Assembly (NCBI RefSeq): GCF_009914755.1
Contig: NC_060928.1
DNA from: the human T2T-CHM13v2.0 reference genome, Homo sapiens
Strand: one strand, 5' to 3'
Length of the DNA: 64,000 bases
Positions 55,465 through 64,000 of this stretch are shown here, one piece after another. How positions within the stretch are numbered: position 1 is the stretch's first letter; each line of letters begins with the position of its first letter. The notes under the pieces are model-generated. The model ran no database searches and was not told where the DNA came from. It saw only the letters and a list, made by a program, of their open reading frames with translations. Both the position numbers and the translations under genes were made by a program.

Positions 55465-57140
55465 ATAGGAGCAAAAATCCTATTGTGAACTGTGCCTGTG
55501 AGGGATCTGGGTTGCATGCTTCTTATGAGAATCTAATGCCTGATGATCTGTGACTGTCTCCCATCACCCCTAGATGGGACTGTCTGGTTGCAGGAAAATA
55601 AGCTCAGGGTTCCCACTGATTCCATATTATGATGAGCTGTATAACTATATCATTATATATTACAATGTAATAATAATAGAAATAAAGTGCAAAATAGATG
55701 CAATGTAATGTGCTTGAATCATCCTGAAACCATCCCCTGCCCCCAGTCCATGGAAATATTGTCTTCTATGAAACAGATCCCTGGTGCCAAGACACTTGGG
55801 GACCTCTGATCCACAGGACCTAACGGCACCCACAGCACATGGTAAGTGCTTTGCTTATTGAGTGAATTCACAGAGTAAGGTCAGTCAGTCCATTATTTAT
55901 TCAAGGATTTTTGGAAAGTTGAAAAAAGCATGGCTTGACTAATGACAGAATAAAATTTAATAGGACTCATATACAGTTCTGGTAAAATAAGATAAAGTTT
56001 TCAGCCACTACTAACAGATTTTTATTTTTTTTAATAATAAAAAAAGAAGATTACACAGACATCCCCCATTATTATGTGTTTGTTTCTCTCTTGAAAGTCT
56101 GCCTTCTGGCAAGAAGAATTCAAGCTTTTGGAAAGCTTTCAAACCCTGAAGGGAGGATTTGGACATTTTTCACAGGAAAACAATTTTTGGAGAAAACAAT
56201 TTTTCATAGGAGAAACAATTTTGGAGAAAGATTTTTTAAGGTGAAAAATCATGCAGAAGTAGAATAATATTTTGCATGTTATATTTATAATTAATATTTT
56301 TATCAGAAAATGTGTAAATCTGGAACTCAAAATATAACCATGTGTGAATTAGGATTCAGCAGAAGTAACTTGTCCTGCTTAAAATTTGAAATGACACATA
56401 TATTTATGTTTTATATAGGTGTATCTAGTTGAAGTCAACATGTAACAGATATATTTGGAAATTATTTACTTTCTATATTTTTCTCCCCTTTAAAAAAAAG
56501 AAACCCCTTAATCTTAGAATTTGCTTAGTGAACTTTCTACTGCCTTAAAAGTGAGATTAGATGCGTTAAATTTGGAATTGCATGCAACTTTTTATAAGCA
56601 TGGCTGTTGCAAATAGAATGGTCCAGTCATGATATATATTTCTGGATATAAATAAGACATGCTTCCCTGACAATCAATATTTCCATATTGGAAATTATTT
56701 CTCCAGGACTGACTTTATGTGAGTTACTTCAAGACTCCTTCACTAAGTAGTAAGTCTGGATTAAATCGTCTGTCCCTCAGCCTCTAACTACTCTTCATAA
56801 GGTCCCATTGTATCCTGTGCTTCTGCTTCTCATTGCATTTCTACCTAACTACATTGTCTGTTTGTAACTCTGTTGGCATTTGTTATTTGCATTTCCATGC
56901 AACTGTCCCATAACATCATCAAGCCCTCATTGGCATGCATCAGTAAATGTTTATTTTCTTCTCAATTTTTGACTGGGTTCATCCAATCTGTGCTGGCTCA
57001 CTCATGTGCCTGTGGTCAGCTACAGGTATGCTAGGAGCTCTGCTGTTCCTGGCAGGCAATCCCAGGCATGTTGTCATGTCTATGGCAGAAAAATGAGGAA
57101 GAACAAACCCACTCAGGCAAGTACTTTAAGACTTTACTTC

Positions 57141-57418
57141 GCCAGGCACGGTGGCTCACGCCTGTAATCCCAGCACTTTGGGAGGCCAAGGTGGGCGGAT
57201 CACGAGGTCAGGAGATTGAGACCATCGTGGCAAACACGACGAAACCCCGCCTCTACTGAAAATACAAAAAAATTAGCCAGTCGTGGTGGCGGGTGCCTGT
57301 AGTCCCAGCTACTTAGGAGGCTGAATCAGGAGAATGGTGTCAACCCGGGAGGCGGAGCTTGCAGTGAGCGGAGATCGCGCCACTGCACTCCATCCTGGGC
57401 AACAGAGCAAGACTCGGT

Positions 57419-57447
<29 letters not shown>
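57141..57447 (+). mobile_element. AluY-type, inserted in an old MLT1-like LTR
   Basis: GGATCACGAGGTCAGGAGAT..GGAGAATGG..GCGGAGCTTGCAG; A-tail. Confidence 0.95.
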
Positions 57448-57449
<2 letters not shown>

Positions 57450-57659
57450 CACTTGCATACATTTTAAAAGACTCTTTAGCCAAAGCTAATCACATGGCTG
57501 GATCCAGAGTCAAGGATTGGGCGGTTTCCACCTCCGAGAATGGGAGGGAACTGCAGGGTCACTTGAAAAAAGGCAAAGATGCAGACCGGGTGAATAATTA
57601 GAACTATTAATACAATCCTTCAACGACAAGATTCTATAATGATGAGGTCTTCAATGGCA

Positions 57660-57890
57660 GAGAATGTATTTAAGCTTCAAATTTCAACTGTCTTACGGGC
57701 TATGCAGCTGTGGAAGAGTGCTTTAAACTCCTTTGTACCTTGGTTTCCTCATTTATAAGCTGAAGATCATATTATACACACCAGGAAATCTCTGGTAATC
57801 TCTGTAAGGCTGAAATGAGTTATTACATGTAAAAGTGCTCAGAATAGTACATGGCACAGGGCAAATGCTTAATAAATTTAGTATTAGTAG
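57660..57890 (+). mobile_element. MIR
   Basis: CCTTGGTTTCCTCATTTATAA..GTAAAAGTGCTCAGAATAGTACATGGCACA..ATGCTTAATAAAT. Confidence 0.7.
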
Positions 57891-58015
57891 TATTTTGGCT
57901 TAGTGTTGAGGTTCAAGAATTGGATTTGAAATTAAGTTATGGTTGACATATTGGGAGAGTTGGAGTGTGTATCAGGATAAAGCTCATGCTAAAAATTCTA
58001 ATTCTACCAATTCCT

Positions 58016-58133
58016 AATTTTAGTAGCAAAGCATAATAAAAGATTAAATCCTGCTCATAGAAGCATCCTGTGCAATTTTTAGTAGCCAAGCATAATAAAA
58101 GATTAAATCATGCTCATAGAAGCATCCTGTGCA
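58016..58133. repeat. 59 bp tandem duplication (about 3 mismatches)
   Basis: TAGTAGC(A/C)AAGCATAATAAAAGATTAAATC(C/A)TGCTCATAGAAGCATCCTGTGCA x2. Confidence 0.95.
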
Positions 58134-58270
58134 GGTGCTTTTGATTCAGGGACCCTTTCCTCCATGCATTTACCTTAGTGCTTAGCCTAAGTAAATGCTC
58201 GGTGAAAACTGATTTTAGACTGTACAAAAGGTAATATTTCCATGTAACATCTACATAGTCTTGCAGACAA

Positions 58271-58726
58271 TGTTGATACAGTGGATGTTATAATGGGGTA
58301 TACAGATCCTGATTCAGAAATAAAGAACTTCATAAACCAGGTACCGGGAGAACTTCCAGCAGATAACCCTGAATTATCAGCCTCCCGTAAGGACTGTCTC
58401 ACTTGAAGAGGGCTATTTGCTCCAGGCTACAGCCTTTCTGGGGTGGCCAGTGTTCAATGACTGGTTGAAACAGGGGTGTAAAGACCCGGCCTTCTTACTC
58501 CAACACAGGACAGCCCTGAAGGGTGGTCCCATCTGCAGAACTCCCCACAGAGCTGGGTGAGGTGTCCCTTGAGACTGAAACTGAATCTTTCCTTGACCTC
58601 TCTCTCTTCAATTCTGCATCTTTCCCGTATCTTCCACAGATGCTGACTCCAAGGGGACTCCCTAATAACCTTTCCTCATGCAGATCTCCATGTGAGTCAA
58701 CTTCCTGAAGAATCCCACCTGTGACA
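58271..58726 (+). mobile_element. LTR16-type (ERVL) solo LTR
   Basis: CAATGACTGG..TGCTGACTCCAAGGG..CCCTAATAA..CTTCCTGAAGAATCCCACCTGTGACA. Confidence 0.72.
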
Positions 58727-60099
58727 GGTTGTAAGAAAATGAACTGAACTATTTTAAGTAAGACTTTGTGAAGCTACGTGTGCCTTGGGCAACAAGTTTC
58801 AGGCAAAAGCATTTTTTTTTTCTATTCTACAATAGTCACCCATTATAGAAAAAAAATCTTGCAATAGCTTTGAGATATTACACCTTTTTATGGTAGGGTT
58901 TGATCTTGGCTCCTTTTTCCCTTATAGAAAATCATGGACAATACCTTGCCACTTTTCCAATACGCTCTAAATTCTCAATAGTTGGAGACTTCGTTTTTTC
59001 CATCTTGGAAACCACATATTTTATAAAGCCTTGTACACAGCGGATGTGTGATGAATAAGTTGGTGACTGACTGTATTAGTGAAGTAATGAACAAATGAAT
59101 ATAAGAGTCTAGCTCATGAAGCATTTTTTTTTACCCTGAATGAATTTTTCAAGGTATACAATTATGCAAAGACAATGAAATTAAAATACTAAAATAATAA
59201 CAGTCTGGAGGCTCTCCTGCACAAAAGAAATCTTTAGCTATTGGAAGGTAGCACAGTTTTAGAAAAGGAATTATAAAAAAGGAGAATTGGCAGCAACGCT
59301 GGACTTCTGAAAGAAAGATCATGTAATATACAAGAACTTAAGCAAGCAATTATGCCACGTCGCAAAAGGCTGTTTTGATGTGCTACTTGAGAGTGCTATT
59401 TCATGTTGACCTTTGCGTTAGAAGATGTGGCTGCCTACAGCCGTGCATTTAAAGATGATGAATGTTAAGTGGAAAGGCCAGTGAAATGGTGAGTAGTTCC
59501 TACAGGGCTTGTCTTTGGACTTCCATTGCTGGGTGCTGTTACCTTAGTTTGGATTGAGAGAGAGCCGCTGGTATTGTGTGGCTTCCAAAAACCCTGGCAA
59601 ATATCAGCCATGTTCATTCTCCACCAGGAAATCAGTATCATAGTTTGAAACTAAAAATTCAACCAATTATTTATACTAATTAGAGTCCTTAGATGCCGAA
59701 TCACCTGCAGAATGAAGTTGAAACTTTTTAGGATGGTGTAAGATACATCACAATTTGACCCATTTCTAGTTTATTGCCTTCCACCTCAACTCCTCCCACT
59801 TTAGGCTCCAATGATACAAAATCTTTTACATTTTCTATTTGTTTCCACTTGGCCAAAATTGATTCCCCTTTCTTCTGGTAAGTTTTCCTAATTCACCTAG
59901 TTTTCCTTTGGGTAGTTGATCCATTCATCGCCCATTTTATGTGCTTTCCTGGAGATTGTCAATTGCAATACCTTGCCTGCCATCCACCAAGATAAGTGTG
60001 GGACATGAGTAGGCCACACGGTACAATTTGAGGTGGGCAGATGAAGGCCAGTGGAGGTTGTTTGTGAAAACTGGTACATGGTTGTTGAGAAACAGAGAA

Positions 60100-60455
60100 T
60101 CTGTCTTTTTCCTAGCTCGTCAACCATTAGGATGTAGGCATAGAATTATAAACCCTAATTTCCACCAGCTGAAGTGATTCTGCCTGAGAACAAAGTTAAA
60201 ACACCAAGAGAAAAGCTGAGGAAGAGTGGAGAGGGAGTGGGGAAAAATAAGAACCAAGGAAGAGAGGGGAGGTAGGTATGGAAGTAGGGGGAGAGTGGGG
60301 AAGTCCCTCACAACATTGCATGAGCCCCTGGATTTCACCATGCCTAAAGTGAGATTCTCCTTCAGATATGCCTTAAAATAATTCAATAAATCATCCTGTG
60401 ACCTTAATGTGGTTAAGTATTATTTTTGCCACTACAACCTGAATAAGGCCTAATA
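60100..60455 (+). mobile_element. Old MLT1 (J/K-like) LTR fragment
   Basis: TGAGCCCCTGGATTTCACCATGCCTAAAG..CAATAAATC..CACTACAACCTGAA. Confidence 0.55.
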
Positions 60456-60564
60456 TTTTCTACAATATTATCTCAAAAAAATTGTACAATCGACTTGGTC
60501 TGCTTAGAATGTTTTCTAGTCTTTGACTATTTGGCTAATATGTATCCTTTCTTTAAAACCCAAG

Positions 60565-61529
60565 TTATAAGGCTTTGGGTATATACCCAGTAATGGGATT
60601 GCAGGGTCAAATGGTATTTCTGGTTCTAGATCCCTGAGGAATCGCCACACTGTCTTCCACAATGGTTGAACTAATTTACACTCCCACCAACAGTGTAAAA
60701 GCGTTCCTATTTCTCTACATCCTCTCCAGCACATGTTGTTTCCTGACTTTTTAATTATCACCATTCTAACTGGTGTGAGATGGTATCTCATTGTGGTTTT
60801 GATTTGCATTTCTCTAATGACCAGTGATGATGAGTTTTTTTCCCTATGTTTGTTGGCCGCATAAATGTTTTCTTTTGAGAAGTGTCTGTTCATATACTTT
60901 GCTCACTTTTTGACGGGGTTATTTTTTTTCTTGTAAATTTGTTTAAATTCTTTGTAGATTCTGGATATTAGCCCTTCATCAGATGGATAGATTGCAAAAA
61001 TTTTCTCTCATTCTGTAGGTTGCCTGTATAAATCATTCTGCTATAAAGACACATGCAAACATATGTTTACTGTAGCACTGTTCACAATAGCAAAGACTTG
61101 GAACCAACCCAAATGCCCATCAATGATAGACTGGATACAGAAAATATGGCACATATACACCATAGAATACTATGCAGCCATAAAAAAGGATGCATCATGT
61201 CCTTTGCAGGGACATGGATGAAGTTGGACCACCATTCTCAGCAAACTAACACAAGAACAGAAAACCAAACACCACATATTCTCACTCATAAGTGGGAGTT
61301 GAACAATGATAACACATGGACACAGGGAGGGGAACATCACACACTGGGTCCTGTCTGGGGGTGGGAGAATAGGGGAGGGATAGCATTAGAATAAATACCT
61401 AATGTCGATGATGGGTTGATGGGTGCAGCAAATCACCACGGCACGTGTATACCTATGTAACAAACCTGCACATTCTGCACATGTGTCCCAGAACTTAAAG
61501 TACTAAAAAAAAAAAAAAAAAAAAAAAAA
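60565..61529 (+). mobile_element. 5'-inverted, truncated L1PA (about L1PA7): antisense ~60565-61026, sense ~61027-61529
   Basis: Minus-strand ORF 60516..60893 is the L1 ORF2 C-terminal Cys-rich region ([19 protein letters not shown]); sense 3'UTR and poly(A); TSD AAAACC(C)CAAGTTA. Confidence 0.95.
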
Positions 61530-61849
61530 CCCCAAGTTAAATGTCAACATGTCTAAGAAAGCTGTTTCTTTCCCTTCCTTACCACCATTTATGCCAGGAT
61601 TGCATCATTCCTTCCTTAGAGCTACCTGTATCTCATGATTACTATTTTACAGGCCACATTAGTTGGTGATATATTTGCAGATGTGTCAGCTTATCCTATT
61701 TCATTAAAAGAGCTTTTCAAGTAAGGGTTTGACATTCTTCCATCCTATCAGTTTTTTTTATTTTTACAGTGTGGCTGAAATAAAGTGTTCACTAAATGCT
61801 CACTGATTTAAAATTTGGATTCTATTAAGTTGTGCATTATTTATATTTT

Positions 61850-62060
61850 ATTAGTTACCTAAGATGGGCAAAGGTACATGCTAAGCATTATGTGTATATC
61901 ATGAAAATAAGTTTTTGGTTATGAGTACTGCTATTTTATCCACTTAAAAATAATAATACTGAGAGCCAGAGGGTTAAGGTCACACAGATAGAAGATGGCA
62001 GAATCAGGACTCAAACTCAATGTGTCTGATGCCAGATCCTGGCTCTTAATATGCTACTGT
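61850..62060. mobile_element. MIR
   Basis: TAAGGTCACACAGATAGAAGATGGCAGAATCAGGACTCAAACTC..GCTCTTAA. Confidence 0.7.
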
Positions 62061-62197
62061 GTATTTTGTATGAGCAGGAGCTCTCAAGATTAATTGAGGG
62101 CAACTAGCACACAGGCAAACTACCTCACTAATAACAAGTGACACGTGCTTTGCTGGCCCAGGAAAGAGAGTGACTCTCTGTCAGAGTTTGTGGAGGT

Positions 62198-62811
62198 ATA
62201 CTTATTTTCTATTGCTTCATAGTAGATTATCACAAATGTAGCAGCTTAAATCCACACCATTTATTATCTTACAGTTCTACGGGTCAGAGGTCTAGGCAGA
62301 TCTCAACTGTGTTCTCTGCTCAGGAGTAGGCACTCAAGGTGTTATATGGGCCACATTCTATCTGGAGGTCCTGGGGAAGAGCTTGTTTACCAGCTCATTC
62401 TGTCATTGGAAGAATACAGTTCCTTGCAGCTGTACGACTGAGGTCCGTGTCTTCTTGCTAACTTTTGGTTGAAAGTCACCATCAGTTCCTAGGGGCCACC
62501 CATCTTTTCCTACCATACAGACCCCACCATCATCACAGCCAGCAATGGAGAATCTCCTTTTTGTCCAATTCTTCTCACATTTCAAATATCTTTCCAGGAA
62601 GATTCTAATATATCTTCGAAGGGCTCGCCTGATTAGGTTAAGTTCACCAAGGATAACTGCCTTCTCTTGAGGGAGAATCTGGGACCTTAATGACATCTGC
62701 AAAATTTCTTTGCAGCAGCACCTGTGTTAGTACCTGATTGAATAACTGGGAGAAAGTGAATATACACCAAAAACCAGGAATCTTGGGGACCATCTTACTA
62801 GTCTGCCTCTG
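62198..62811 (-). mobile_element. MLT1E-type LTR
   Basis: ATTTATTATCTTACAGTTCT..GAATACAGTTCCTTGCAGCTGTACGACTGAGGTCC..GGAATCTTGGGGACCATCTTA. Confidence 0.82.
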
Positions 62812-64000
62812 TGGGGCAATATATTCATTTTATGAGAATCAAATTTCTATTTACCTATTGAAATCTTTCTTCCCAGGCATCTCTCCTGTGCCTCATTATC
62901 CCTCCCTGACAGGAGCTACAATTTCTCTTAATGCTGGGTGGAGGGATCCAGATGTTGCAAATGCAAAGCTTTCCTGCCATCAGAGTCTGCCGTCAGACAA
63001 TACCAGAAATCAGTGTTTCCTTCTGAGAGGTAGACAAGAGTACATAAAGAAGTGACCAGATTTTGATGGTCTGAAATACTGTTCACAAATATAATAAGTG
63101 AAGGAAATACGGGTGTCTAGCCTTGGGAAAAAAGGCTGAGTGGAGACATTAGGAGACATCTCTGAAAAATTGAAAGGCAAGAAAACCAATCACAGAAGCA
63201 TTTGTTTCCTCACAAATGCATTCTGTTGGTGCATGGTCTTCTTCCCACAAGAAGGAACACGCCTCCTAAACTTATGAAAGCAAAATAGAAAGTGCTAAAT
63301 TGTATTACATCACCTTTATTGCCATTCATCCTAGTATAGCTCTAGAACTGAGTTTTGCTCTTCACGAAGAATAGCTCTAATGGGTGTCTACTTCTCCCAT
63401 TCACAAGAAGCAAGTCTTCGATCTATCATTAAAGAAAAATTCCAGGGATATTCCCAGCGTATTTATTTCATATGATATTTACAACATTAATAGGTAGCTC
63501 AAATAAAATGGAGCTTGTAAATGGTAATTAATAAATTTAATCACTTTGAACTATTACATCAGTTTCAGAGGCAAACCAGCTTCTGAGCTTCTCCATTATT
63601 TTCACTTATCCCTTTGGTCATTTTCACATTTATATAGCTTTGACGAGTTAAGTGATCTTGCATTTTTAACACAGCCACCGTGGCTTTTCTGACTCTTATT
63701 AAACTGAATGGTAGGCGACTTCAAAAATATACTGAAACCAACTTCATTTAGACGAGAATTGATTGTTTAAAAAATGCAGATCATACACAGCCACCTGGAA
63801 GAAAATACTCACACAGAAATTTCCAAGAAGAAACTAAAACCAATGAAAAATTGATGCTTTCCAATGAGGTAGGAATTCTAATTTAATGTGTATACCTAGA
63901 TCTGATTCTCTTGGCATCACATGCTAATTTGGTTATATATTTGTTCAATCAATTTAGAGACACGGATAAATAAAAAGTCAGTTCATTTAATTTGTAAAAG

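Larger units (their letters stand above)
54297..55808 (+). mobile_element. MER1A-like hAT transposon split by LTR12
   Basis: TIR-like CAAGGGTCCCCAA / TTGGGGACCTCTG; perfect 8 bp TSD ATCCACAG at 54289-54296 and 55809-55816. Confidence 0.92.

Noticed and set aside
60516-60893. 125 aa ORF with a Cys-rich motif
   Set aside because: L1 ORF2 C-terminal fragment in an inverted, truncated insertion; not a host gene.

Overview
Primate (probably hominoid/human) AT-rich, CpG-depleted non-coding DNA, either intergenic or part of a long intron. I find no credible host protein-coding exon, RNA gene or CpG island. The listed ORFs are chance ORFs or fragments of Alu, L1 or MaLR elements. The window is dominated by transposon fossils: 9 Alus, a decayed ~6.8 kb near full-length old L1, a 5'-inverted L1PA, two full-length MSTA/THE1-type MaLR elements in opposite orientations, solo LTRs (THE1/MST, MLT1, MLT2, LTR16, LTR12), hAT DNA elements (MER1, MER58, MER53) and many L2/MIR pieces. 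Subfamily names come from my recall of consensus sequences and need RepeatMasker/Dfam confirmation. I cannot support a new gene system here. The signals most worth checking are structural: a ~230 bp locally templated insertion with microhomology junctions, an LTR12 whose 5' U3 appears replaced by a 20 bp inverted fragment while keeping TG and its TSD, a possible AluJ-L1PB chimera, an unexplained old 140 bp duplication, and several short tandem duplications and fold-back repeats.
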